Shown here: positions 1 through 8,852 of the stretch, one piece after another | How positions within the stretch are numbered: position 1 is the first letter of the stretch | Layout: each line of letters opens with the position of its first letter | NCBI GenBank assembly: GCA_047636995.1 | Contig: JBLIGQ010000012.1 | Span: 5,797-69,796, forward strand | Direction: 5' to 3' | Length of the DNA: 64,000 bases | Source of the DNA: Flavobacteriales bacterium | Lineage (GTDB): Bacteria > Bacteroidota > Bacteroidia > Flavobacteriales_D > Sanyastnellaceae | The notes under the pieces: model-generated | Databases searched by the model: none | Told to the model about the DNA's origin: nothing | Seen by the model: only the letters and a program-made list of their open reading frames with translations | Translations under genes and position numbers: made by a program

Positions 1-185
1 CCAACAAATCCCTCAATAAGCGTTACTGTTTTCCCCTTTCGCATTTTGCGATCATGAGAAATGTAAAGTACCTGTTGATTGGGGTGCAATGTATCCTTTT
101 CTTGCGTCTCATCAGACTCAAAACTATAATCAGGATTTGTACTATAAACTACGTTGATTCGCTGTTTGTTCTTGCTTTTCCCCAT
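1..185 (-). CDS. SUI1/YciH-family translation initiation factor, N-terminal part only (gene runs off the left edge)
   Basis: Hand translation of the minus strand from ATG at 185-183 gives MGKSKNKQRINVVYSTNPDY...LYISHDRKMRKGKTVTLIEGFVG. The VYST block and the RK.RKGK.VT.I.G block are typical of bacterial YciH/SUI1. It is absent from the ORF track because no stop lies in the window. Confidence 0.7.
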   Translation of the reverse strand, partial: MGKSKNKQRINVVYSTNPDYSFESDETQEKDTLHPNQQVLYISHDRKMRKGKTVTLIEGFV

Positions 186-226
186 AGCAACTAATTTTCG
201 CAAAGATACGAACTCGATCAGAAGCA

Positions 227-832
227 TCATTCATGTTCCTTACCTAAATCTGCAAGGAGAATGATATCAACCAGCGTATGCGCAATCACAGCAGACCAAA
301 TACCAATTGCTTCTGTCAAAAAGCCGAAACCAAAAATAACCAAAGTCATGTAGAGACCGTAAACACTCACGCGCCAATCTTTCGGATTAAGGTAACCATG
401 AATGGCTACAAAAACAATGGAGGTAATGACAATCCCAAGCAATGGCTGAAGTGCACCCCGGAAGAGCAGTTCTTCACCGGCTCCTGCACAGATAGAAACA
501 AAAACAATTTCAAATGCGTTTAAATCTAGGTCTGAAAATCGATCTGTATATCTTTTCCGCACTGGCTCCATGAAGGGTAGAGCGATAACTCCTCTGGCCA
601 GAAAGCCCGCAGTTACTCCCGCAGCGACACCAAAAAACACCTGTGTCCAGATCGATTCATCCCCAACCCACCGATCCCAGAGCAGGACCTCGTTTGAAAA
701 AAGGGAAATGACCCATCCCACTAGTGGCATTACTAACAAGGTTAGGGTCGCCATGAGTAAAATCACGCGCTTCTGCGCATCTGCACTGTTCCTCATGCAG
801 CCAAAGATAGCGCTTGAAAAGAAGGTGCCCAA
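227..832 (-). CDS. CPBP (CAAX/Abi) family intramembrane glutamic endopeptidase
   Basis: Polytopic 201-aa ORF with the three CPBP motifs: GAGEELLFRG (EExxxR), FVAIHG (FxxxH) and AHTLVD (HxxxD). The true start could be an internal Met. Confidence 0.75.
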   Translation of the reverse strand: MGTFFSSAIFGCMRNSADAQKRVILLMATLTLLVMPLVGWVISLFSNEVLLWDRWVGDESIWTQVFFGVAAGVTAGFLARGVIALPFMEPVRKRYTDRFSDLDLNAFEIVFVSICAGAGEELLFRGALQPLLGIVITSIVFVAIHGYLNPKDWRVSVYGLYMTLVIFGFGFLTEAIGIWSAVIAHTLVDIILLADLGKEHE

Positions 833-870
833 TTCTGATTATTGTATCTTTCTATTTCAAACCAAATACC

Positions 871-1821
871 ATGCAGCTACTTAAAACCCTATTCTTACTG
901 GCCATTTCGAGCCTTTCATTCACTTCCTCTCTTGCCCAAGGTAATTGTTCAGATGAAGATCTCTCCTATATAGGTAACAATTTGGCGTTTGTTCAACAGG
1001 TTACTGCTGACTGCGGCATTGACTGCTTGTTCGCAGGGGATCCTGAAACCTGTTTTTCTGAATGTATGAGCGCTCAGGTTCCGCTCACGGCTAGTTGCGT
1101 AGGCTGTTTCTCAGCACAAACAACATGCGCAAGTGATAATTGCTTCTTGGCATGCGCTTTTGGATCAGAGGCAGACTGTGCAGCATGCATCGAAGCGAAT
1201 TGCTTGGCTGGTTTTGAGGATTGCGCTGGAATTGAAGATGCTGACAATGACGGGTTCACGAACCTCAGTGATTGTGATGATACTGACCCCACCATTTTCC
1301 CAGGGGCGACCGAAATTTGGTATGATGGAACTGATCAAAACTGTGATGGTTTGAGTGATTTTGACATGGACATGGATGGATTTGACGCTTTTGAATTTGG
1401 CGGAACAGATTGTGATGATGCTAATGCACTTTTTGTTGGCACCACCTCTACTTACTTTGAAGACGCAGACAATGATGGATTTGGGAATGTATTGGTGAAT
1501 GTCCAGGCCTGTTCTACACCTGCTGGATTTTCAGACAACAATTTAGATTGTGATGACACGAGGGACGATGTTTATCCTGAGGCGCAAGGGACAGGAGACA
1601 ACGTTGACAATAACTGCGACGGAGACGTTGATGGCACTGAATTGATCCTCTGTCTTGGAGATTTTGACAATGACCTAACCATTGGCACAAATGACTTATT
1701 GCTCTTTCTTGGCGGATTTGGTTGCCTACTAGATTGCCCAATTGACATTGATGGAGATGACGCAGTTACTTCTTCAGACTTACTTCTCTTTTTAGGATCG
1801 TTTGGCACAATTTGCATCTAA
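871..1821 (+). CDS. Secreted Cys-rich protein with MopE-like putative metal-binding repeats and dockerin-like C-terminal repeats
   Basis: Signal peptide MQLLKTLFLLAISSLSFTSSLAQG starts at ATG 871; the 814 start adds a non-signal extension. The head is Cys-dense. It is followed by three DNDGF..DCDD..P.A.E..DG.D.NCDG-type repeats and two D.D.D......DLLLFLG.FG repeats. Confidence 0.7.
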   Translation: MQLLKTLFLLAISSLSFTSSLAQGNCSDEDLSYIGNNLAFVQQVTADCGIDCLFAGDPETCFSECMSAQVPLTASCVGCFSAQTTCASDNCFLACAFGSEADCAACIEANCLAGFEDCAGIEDADNDGFTNLSDCDDTDPTIFPGATEIWYDGTDQNCDGLSDFDMDMDGFDAFEFGGTDCDDANALFVGTTSTYFEDADNDGFGNVLVNVQACSTPAGFSDNNLDCDDTRDDVYPEAQGTGDNVDNNCDGDVDGTELILCLGDFDNDLTIGTNDLLLFLGGFGCLLDCPIDIDGDDAVTSSDLLLFLGSFGTICI

Positions 1822-1823
1822 AT

Positions 1824-2465
1824 ATGGAATTTCTACCTGAACACATTGATCAATATGCTTGTGATCACACAGAAACAGAATCTGATCTTTTACAGCGACT
1901 TCACAGAGAGACTTGGCGAAAAGTAATTATGCCTCGCATGTTAAGCGGGCATCTACAGGGAAGATTTTTGAGTTTAATCAGTAAAATGCTACGTCCGACT
2001 CGGATTTTGGAAGTGGGCGCTTACACTGGTTATTCTGCCTTGTGTTTTGCCGAGGGGCTGGCCGAAGGAGGCATTATTGAAACCATAGAGATCAACGAGG
2101 AACTGAATGCGATTCAGGACAAATACTGGGAAGAAGCCGGAATTACAGATCGCATTGTTCGACACAATGCTTCAGCAATGGATGTTTTACCCACGCTTCA
2201 GAACACATTTGACCTTGCGTTCATTGATGCCGACAAAGAAAACTACCCGCATTACTATGAAATGACGCTGCCGTTGATGCGACAAGGAGGTGTGATCTTA
2301 ATTGACAATGTACTTTGGAGTGGGAAAGTTGCGGATGAATTGAAAGGTCATGATCCTGAAACGCGAATTTTAAAAGAATTGAATGCTTTTATTCAGGCAG
2401 ACGAACGGGTCAGCAATATGTTGATTCCTCTTCGCGATGGCATTATGGCAATACTAAAAAAGTAG
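1824..2465 (+). CDS. Class I SAM-dependent O-methyltransferase (caffeoyl-CoA OMT-like family)
   Basis: MEFLPEHIDQY start at 1824. SAM motif ILEVGAYTGYSALCFA, plus AFIDADKENY and LIDNVLWSG blocks typical of the Methyltransf_3 family. Confidence 0.85.
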   Translation: MEFLPEHIDQYACDHTETESDLLQRLHRETWRKVIMPRMLSGHLQGRFLSLISKMLRPTRILEVGAYTGYSALCFAEGLAEGGIIETIEINEELNAIQDKYWEEAGITDRIVRHNASAMDVLPTLQNTFDLAFIDADKENYPHYYEMTLPLMRQGGVILIDNVLWSGKVADELKGHDPETRILKELNAFIQADERVSNMLIPLRDGIMAILKK

Positions 2466-2496
2466 CGCCCATTTAAGACTGAAATAATAGGTGCAT

Positions 2497-2527
2497 AAAA
2501 AAGGGTCAACTAAGTTGACCCTTTTTT
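2497..2527. terminator. Bidirectional intrinsic terminator between convergent genes
   Basis: Perfect 10-bp stem aagggtcaac / gttgaccctt with a 3-nt loop (2501-2523). It is flanked by an A-run upstream and a T-run downstream. Confidence 0.8.
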
Positions 2528-2592
2528 CCTGTTGAACAGGATTGTATTTTCTTTAGTTCAGTAAAATAAGTGACCAAATTTGGTCAGTCCAA

Positions 2593-3807
2593 TTACGCTC
2601 CCAATACTTCTTTCACCTTGTCAGCAGCTTCTTGAAGAAGGATTACACTGTGCACTTTAAGCCCAGAATCTTCAATCAATTGCTTTGCTTCAACCGCGTT
2701 TGTTCCTTGCAGACGAACAATAATTGGAACAGGAATATCACCAATGTTATTGTAAGCATCAACAACTCCTTGCGCAACTCTGTCACAACGAACGATACCT
2801 CCGAAGATGTTCACCAAGATTGCTTTTACAGAAGTGTCTTTTAGAATGATGCGGAATGCCTTTTCAACACGCGATGCATCAGCAGTACCACCAACGTCAA
2901 GGAAGTTTGCCGGCTCTCCGCCACTTAGCTTGATGATGTCCATGGTGGCCATTGCAAGTCCAGCGCCGTTTACCATGCAACCCACGTTTCCTTCAAGGTT
3001 AACGAAGTTGAGTCCAGCCTCGTCAGCTTCAACCTCTGTTGGATCTTCTTCAGTCTTGTCACGCATTGCAGCGTATTCTTTATGACGGTACAAAGCGTTG
3101 TCATCTAAATTCACTTTTGCATCTACAGCAATGATTTTATCATCTGAAGTTTTAAGAACAGGATTGATTTCGAACATTGAAGCGTCGCATCCGATGAATG
3201 CTTTGTAAAGTGCGGCAACAAATTTCGACATCTCTTTAAAAGCTTGTCCTGAAAGGCCAAGATTGAAAGCCACTCTCCGTAATTGGAATCCTTGCAAACC
3301 AATCAGCGGATCTATTACTTCTTTAAAGATACGCTCTGGTGTCTTTTCTGCTACTTCCTCAATATTTACTCCTCCGTCTGGTGAGTACATAATAATGTGC
3401 TTTCCAGCAGAACGATCTAGCACAACAGACATGTAATATTCAGCAGGCTCATTTTCTCCAGGATAATAAACGTCTTGTGCAATGAGCACCTTGTTTACCA
3501 ATTTCCCTTCAGCACTTGTTTGTGCTGTCACCAAATGTCCACCAAGAATTCCAGCAGCAATGCCTTCTACTTTGTCAAGGCCTTTTGCCAAAACAACCCC
3601 TCTCGAACCGGTTTCAGTTACCTCTCCTTTACCTCGTCCACCTGCGTGGATTTGAGCTTTCAAAACGAACCACTCTGTTCCGGTTTGTTCGTTTAATTTC
3701 TTCGCAACTTCTACTGCTTCTTGCGGTGTATCAGCCACAATTCCTTCTTGAATTGCAACTCCGAAGCTTTTCAAAATTGACTTCCCTTGGTATTCGTGGA
3801 TATTCAT
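2593..3807 (-). CDS. sucC: Succinate--CoA ligase (ADP-forming) beta subunit
   Basis: MNIHEYQGKSILKSFGV N-terminus from the internal ATG at 3807. ATP-grasp GGRGKG, plus CMVNGAGLAMATMD and LDVGGTA blocks. The 3855 start is an unlikely extension. Confidence 0.95.
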   Translation of the reverse strand: MNIHEYQGKSILKSFGVAIQEGIVADTPQEAVEVAKKLNEQTGTEWFVLKAQIHAGGRGKGEVTETGSRGVVLAKGLDKVEGIAAGILGGHLVTAQTSAEGKLVNKVLIAQDVYYPGENEPAEYYMSVVLDRSAGKHIIMYSPDGGVNIEEVAEKTPERIFKEVIDPLIGLQGFQLRRVAFNLGLSGQAFKEMSKFVAALYKAFIGCDASMFEINPVLKTSDDKIIAVDAKVNLDDNALYRHKEYAAMRDKTEEDPTEVEADEAGLNFVNLEGNVGCMVNGAGLAMATMDIIKLSGGEPANFLDVGGTADASRVEKAFRIILKDTSVKAILVNIFGGIVRCDRVAQGVVDAYNNIGDIPVPIIVRLQGTNAVEAKQLIEDSGLKVHSVILLQEAADKVKEVLGA

Positions 3808-3986
3808 TGCTGACTTATTTGGCGTCAAAAGTACTTTTAAACAGAGGGAATTCAAAGTAAAATCTAACTAGAGATGCATTCTGCTCTTCTTCCATGAATT
3901 TAGAGAACCCAGTTTTCAAGTTAAACGCTTTCAATCCCTAGAGCGGCAATGATTTAAGATCAAATTTTATAAAGTATCTTTCGCCC

Positions 3987-4640
3987 ATGATTACAGCAAA
4001 GGGACTAACAAAACGGTACGGAGCGTTGCAGGTGCTTAAAGGCATAGACCTCACTATTCAGCAAGGTGAAGTTGTGTCGATTGTGGGAGCAAGTGGGGCA
4101 GGAAAAACAACCCTACTCCAGATTTTGGGCACCCTTGATAGCCCTGATGAAGGCAGCCTAAAATTGAGTGAACATGAAGTAAGCAATTTATCTTCATCTG
4201 AGCTCGCTGCATTTCGCAATAAAAACATTGGTTTCATCTTCCAGTTTCATCAATTACTTCCTGAGTTCACAGCGATTGAGAACGTTTGTATTCCGGGCTT
4301 TATAGCAAAAAAACCGCAGGCCGAAGTGAAAGCAAAGGCAGCTGAATTGCTTAAAATGCTAGGGTTAGAGCAGCGGATGGAACACAAACCTTCTGCCCTT
4401 TCAGGCGGGGAGCAACAACGTGTAGCAGTTGCCCGATCACTCATCAACGATCCGGCGGTCGTTTTTGCTGATGAACCTTCTGGTAATCTGGATTCCAAAA
4501 ATGCTGAAGAGTTGCACAACCTCTTTTTTCAGCTTCGCGAAGAACTAAACCAAACCTTCGTCATTGTAACACACAACGAAACGCTGGCAGACATGGCAGA
4601 TCGAAAAATCAGGCTGCACGACGGAAGAGTTGCTGATTAA
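3987..4640 (+). CDS. ABC transporter ATP-binding protein (LolD/MacB-type ATPase)
   Basis: Walker [10 protein letters not shown], signature [13 protein letters not shown], Walker [14 protein letters not shown]-loop VTHN. No permease gene is adjacent. Confidence 0.9.
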   Translation: MITAKGLTKRYGALQVLKGIDLTIQQGEVVSIVGASGAGKTTLLQILGTLDSPDEGSLKLSEHEVSNLSSSELAAFRNKNIGFIFQFHQLLPEFTAIENVCIPGFIAKKPQAEVKAKAAELLKMLGLEQRMEHKPSALSGGEQQRVAVARSLINDPAVVFADEPSGNLDSKNAEELHNLFFQLREELNQTFVIVTHNETLADMADRKIRLHDGRVAD

Positions 4641-4723
4641 CACCCGAATCTGGTTCACCCGAATTAAGGATTTTCTCCTCATTTTCATCGCTCAGAAAAT
4701 CTTTTAAAGTTTTTCACGTTTAT

Positions 4724-4737
4724 GTATGCGTGCATAC
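4724..4737. promoter_or_regulatory. Candidate MarR-type operator (6-2-6 inverted repeat)
   Basis: GTATGC-GT-GCATAC lies 30 nt upstream of the MarR-like start. It is embedded in a longer imperfect palindrome, cacgtttatgtatgcgtgcatacgtg (4715-4740). Confidence 0.4.
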
Positions 4738-4766
4738 GTGATTATTTACTAGCTTGGGCGTACGAT

Positions 4767-5246
4767 ATGAAACCAGAAGAAACAATAGACTTTCACATAC
4801 GTTGGGTTTGGGCTAAAATTGCCCGAATGTACAACGCACAGGCGGCCCAACATGGAGGCAGCATGTCCATTGGGTACATCCTACTCAACATTGACAAAGA
4901 AGGAACGCACTCTACGAAGCTCGGCCCCAAGATGGGAATGGAGCCGCGTAGTTTGACGCGCACGTTGAAAACCATGGAGGAAAAAGGCTTGATTTCACGA
5001 AAAGTGGATGCCAATGACCGAAGAATGGTGCGGGTTTTCCTCACAGAAGAGGGCATTAAAATGCGCGAAGAATCAAGGAGAGTAGTGCTTTGCTTCAACT
5101 CCTTTCTTCGTGGCAAGATAGATCCACAAAAATTCGACGTTTTTATTGACGTCATGGGCCAAATGAATGAGCTGATCGATGACCCAGAATTATTTAGTCA
5201 GCTAGAACCATCTGAAAACCACTCCACCCAGAATGAGAAACATTAA
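4767..5246 (+). CDS. MarR family transcriptional regulator
   Basis: Winged-helix segment LGPKMGMEPRSLTRTLKTMEEKGLISRKVDANDRRMVRVFLTEEG (the D.R......LT..G wing signature). Start chosen at MKPEETIDF. Confidence 0.85.
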   Translation: MKPEETIDFHIRWVWAKIARMYNAQAAQHGGSMSIGYILLNIDKEGTHSTKLGPKMGMEPRSLTRTLKTMEEKGLISRKVDANDRRMVRVFLTEEGIKMREESRRVVLCFNSFLRGKIDPQKFDVFIDVMGQMNELIDDPELFSQLEPSENHSTQNEKH

Positions 5247-7632
5247 TAAGGTAGCCGTTCTTGGCTCCGGTGTTATGGGGTCGCGTATTGCATGTCACTT
5301 CGCCAATGTTGGCGTTGAAGTTCTGCTGCTCGACATTCCACCTCGCGAGCTCGACGGAAAAGAATCAGCGAAAGGACTGAGTCTTGATCATCCCGCTGTA
5401 AAAAACAGGATTGTAAATGACAGTCTCACTTTCGCCCTAAAATCCAACCCATCTCCAATTTACCGAAAATCATTTGCTTCTCGCATTCAAACGGGAAATT
5501 TTGATGATGACTTGCACCGAATAGCAGATTGCGATTGGACCATTGAAGTTATTGTTGAACGTTTAGACATCAAGCAACAAATGTTCGAGCGTGTGGAACA
5601 ATTCCGCAAACCAGGGACATTAATTACTTCGAATACTTCAGGGATTCCTATTCACATGCTGATTGAGGGACGAAGTGATGACTTCAAGCACCATTTTTGT
5701 GGGTCTCACTTTTTCAATCCACCACGGTATTTGAAATTACTTGAAGTGATACCTACGCCCTCAACACTTCCAGAAGTTACGACTTTCCTCATGGAGTATG
5801 GCGAAACGTTTCTTGGTAAAACAACAGTGCTGTGCAAAGACACCCCTGCGTTCATCGCAAATAGAGTTGGTGTGTTTTCAATTCAAGCACTTTTTCATAC
5901 CGTAACTGACATGGGATTCACGGTTGAACAAGTTGATAAACTTACGGGACCGGTTATGGGAAGACCGAAGTCTGCAACTTTCAGAACCTGTGATGTAGTA
6001 GGACTAGATACGTTGGTTCACGTTGCAAATGGAGTTCGCGAAAACTGCCCAAAGGACGAACAAAAAGCACTTTTCGAGATTCCCACCTACGTAACCAAAA
6101 TGGTTGAGAATGGTTGGTTAGGTTCGAAATCAAAACAAGGCTTTTACAAAAAGATTAAAGGCGAGGATGGTAAATCAGCCATTCTAAGTTTAGATCTGAA
6201 TACCTTAGAATACACGCCACAAGTAAGAGCTAAATTTGCGACCCTTGAGCTAACGAAAACCATTGATGACCTGGCAAAACGCACCAAGGTCTTGTTCAAT
6301 GGAAAAGATGATGCGGGTGAATTTTACAAGCGCTCCTTCACAGGTGTTTTCGCATATGTTTCGCACCGCATACCTGAAATCACAGATGCACTTTACAAAA
6401 TTGATGACGCTATGCGTGCTGGCTTCGGATGGGAATTAGGTCCTTTCGAGACTTGGGATGCCGTAGGAGTAGAAGCTGCAATGAGCGAAATGAAATCGCG
6501 TGGCATTGCTGTTTCACCCTGGATAAACACCATGATTTCAAGCGGAATTACTTCGTTTTACAAGACTGAAGACGGGTTAAAGTACTACTACGATCTTGAC
6601 CGTGCTTCTTACGCATTGATTCCTGGGCAGGAAGGAAAAATATCATTGGCAAACCTCCCCGAATCCAGTGTCGTTTGGAAAAACTCAGGAACAACTATTT
6701 ACGACTTAGGAGACGGCATTTTGAACATTGCCTTTCACACGAAGATGAACACCATTGGCGGTGAAGTATTGCAAGGCATCAATAAAGCCATTGATTTGGC
6801 AGAAGCGTCATACAAAGGATTAGTTGTTGCGAATGAAGGCCAAAACTTCTCTGCGGGAGCGAATGTGGGGATGATCTTCATGATGGCTGTTGAGCAAGAA
6901 TACGACGAGTTGGATTTCGCCATTCGTGCTTTCCAAAACACGATGATGCGCGTTCGTTACAGCAATATTCCAGTAGTTGCTGCACCTCATGGATTAACAT
7001 TAGGCGGTGCTTGCGAACTCTGTTTACATGCTGATAAAGTAATAGCAAATTCAGAAACCTATATGGGCTTGGTTGAATTTGGTGTTGGGTTGATTCCTGG
7101 TGGCGGTGGAACAAAAGAATTCGCTGTTCGCACCTCAGATGAGTTTCGCGACGGAGACATTCGAATCAATACGCTCCGAAATCGATTCTTGACCGTAGGA
7201 CAGGCAAAAGTTTCTACTTCGGCCCATGAAGCCTTCGACCTAGGTTATTTAAGAGAGGGAAAAGACGAAGTGATTGTCAGCAGGGAGCAGCAAATTGCTT
7301 ATGCGAAAGAACAATGTTTGGTTATGGCTAACAAAGGTTATGCGCAGCCGGCAAAACGCAAAGTAACAGTACTTGGGCAAGAAGGACTGGGAATCGTTCA
7401 TGTTGGAGCGAATACAATGAAAGTTGGACAGTACATTTCAGAGCATGACCAACTAATTAGCGAAAAGCTGGGGTATGTAATGTGTGGCGGCGATCTTTCT
7501 GAGCTGACGGAAGTTTCAGAGCAGTATCTGCTTGACTTAGAGCGAAGGGCATTTCTTGAATTGTGTTCTGAGCGAAAGACGCTGGAGCGCATGCAAAGTC
7601 TTCTGAAGACTGGAAAAATCCTTCGCAATTGA
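5233..7632 (+). CDS. Bifunctional 3-hydroxyacyl-CoA dehydrogenase / enoyl-CoA hydratase
   Basis: N-terminal Rossmann motif VAVLGSGVMGSRIA. C-terminal crotonase blocks GQNFSAGANVGMIF and AAPHGLTLGGACEL. It overlaps the regulator gene by 14 nt. Confidence 0.9.
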   Translation: MRNINKVAVLGSGVMGSRIACHFANVGVEVLLLDIPPRELDGKESAKGLSLDHPAVKNRIVNDSLTFALKSNPSPIYRKSFASRIQTGNFDDDLHRIADCDWTIEVIVERLDIKQQMFERVEQFRKPGTLITSNTSGIPIHMLIEGRSDDFKHHFCGSHFFNPPRYLKLLEVIPTPSTLPEVTTFLMEYGETFLGKTTVLCKDTPAFIANRVGVFSIQALFHTVTDMGFTVEQVDKLTGPVMGRPKSATFRTCDVVGLDTLVHVANGVRENCPKDEQKALFEIPTYVTKMVENGWLGSKSKQGFYKKIKGEDGKSAILSLDLNTLEYTPQVRAKFATLELTKTIDDLAKRTKVLFNGKDDAGEFYKRSFTGVFAYVSHRIPEITDALYKIDDAMRAGFGWELGPFETWDAVGVEAAMSEMKSRGIAVSPWINTMISSGITSFYKTEDGLKYYYDLDRASYALIPGQEGKISLANLPESSVVWKNSGTTIYDLGDGILNIAFHTKMNTIGGEVLQGINKAIDLAEASYKGLVVANEGQNFSAGANVGMIFMMAVEQEYDELDFAIRAFQNTMMRVRYSNIPVVAAPHGLTLGGACELCLHADKVIANSETYMGLVEFGVGLIPGGGGTKEFAVRTSDEFRDGDIRINTLRNRFLTVGQAKVSTSAHEAFDLGYLREGKDEVIVSREQQIAYAKEQCLVMANKGYAQPAKRKVTVLGQEGLGIVHVGANTMKVGQYISEHDQLISEKLGYVMCGGDLSELTEVSEQYLLDLERRAFLELCSERKTLERMQSLLKTGKILRN

Positions 7633-7654
7633 TTCACCCTTTAAGAGAAAAAAC

Positions 7655-8833
7655 ATGGACGCATATATAATAGGTGGATATCGCTCAGCAGTTGGGAAAG
7701 CTCCACGAGGAATTTTTCGCTTTACGAGACCAGATGATCTTGGAGAACAAGTGATTCGTAGATTGATGAGTGACTTCCCTCAACTTGACAAAACAAGAAT
7801 TGACGATGTGATTGTTGGAAATGCTACACCCGAAGCAGAGCAAGGATTGAACATTGGTAGAATGGTCTCAATGATGGGGCTAGACACAGATAAAGTGCCT
7901 GGAATGACGGTGAATCGTTACTGTTCATCAGGGTTAGAAACCATTGCTATAGCAAGTGCAAAAATCCATGCAGGAATGGCTGATTGCATTATTGCCGGCG
8001 GAATTGAAACCATGTCACCGATCCCATTCAGCGGATGGCGTGTGGTACCTAACGTCCGCATTGCGAAAAAAGAACCGACATGGTATTGGGGAATGGGCTT
8101 GACAGCTGAAGAAGTGGCTTCTCAGTACAACATCACACGTGTAGAGCAAGATGCCTTCGCCTTGGCGTCACATGCAAAAGCAGCTGATGCCATAGACAAT
8201 GGTCGTTTTAAGGATGACATTGTTCCCATTGATGTGAAACAGATTTTCTTGGACGAAAACGAAAAACGACAAGAGCGGACCTACACAGTTGACACAGACG
8301 AGGGAGTTCGCAGAGGAGGAAGCATAGAAGCTTTGGCCCGACTGCGTCCGGTGTTTAATGCCAAAGGAAGCGTTACGGCTGGAAACAGCTCACAAACATC
8401 TGATGGGGCTGCATTCGTTATGGTTGTTTCAGAGCGCATGTTGAAAGAACTTGGCGTAGAGCCAATTGCGAGATTAAAGTCATATCACGTAAGCGGGCTA
8501 GACCCGAAAATCATGGGAGTTGGACCTCTTTATGCCATTCCTGAGGCTTTAAAACGCGCAGGATTGCAACAATCAGACATCGATTTGATTGAATTAAACG
8601 AAGCTTTCGCTTCACAGTCAGTAGCGGTTGTACGCGAATTGGGATTGAATCCAGACATCGTGAATGTCAACGGAGGGGCCATTGCCCTAGGCCACCCACT
8701 TGGATGCACAGGAGCTAAATTAACCGTTCAGGTTATGAATGAAATTCGCAGAAGAAAAGGAAAATACGGCATGGTCACGATGTGTGTAGGTTCAGGGCAA
8801 GGAGCTGCGGGCATTTTCGAATTCTTTAATTAA
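7655..8833 (+). CDS. Acetyl-CoA C-acyltransferase (3-ketoacyl-CoA thiolase)
   Basis: Thiolase blocks VNRYCSSGLE (nucleophilic Cys), GNSSQTSDGAA, NGGAIALGHPLGCTGA and MCVGSGQGAA. Confidence 0.93.
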   Translation: MDAYIIGGYRSAVGKAPRGIFRFTRPDDLGEQVIRRLMSDFPQLDKTRIDDVIVGNATPEAEQGLNIGRMVSMMGLDTDKVPGMTVNRYCSSGLETIAIASAKIHAGMADCIIAGGIETMSPIPFSGWRVVPNVRIAKKEPTWYWGMGLTAEEVASQYNITRVEQDAFALASHAKAADAIDNGRFKDDIVPIDVKQIFLDENEKRQERTYTVDTDEGVRRGGSIEALARLRPVFNAKGSVTAGNSSQTSDGAAFVMVVSERMLKELGVEPIARLKSYHVSGLDPKIMGVGPLYAIPEALKRAGLQQSDIDLIELNEAFASQSVAVVRELGLNPDIVNVNGGAIALGHPLGCTGAKLTVQVMNEIRRRKGKYGMVTMCVGSGQGAAGIFEFFN

Positions 8834-8852
8834 TCACTGAAAAATCACTGAC

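Noticed and set aside
814-870. The track gives upstream extended starts for several genes (814, 1812, 3855, 4722, 27134, 32629, 36667, 40793, 41738, 44125, 44883, 44929, 55392, 58908, 63150).
   Set aside because: In each case an internal Met gives a canonical signal peptide or family N-terminus, and often a tidy 4-nt overlap or short gap with the neighbouring gene. The extensions are non-homologous.
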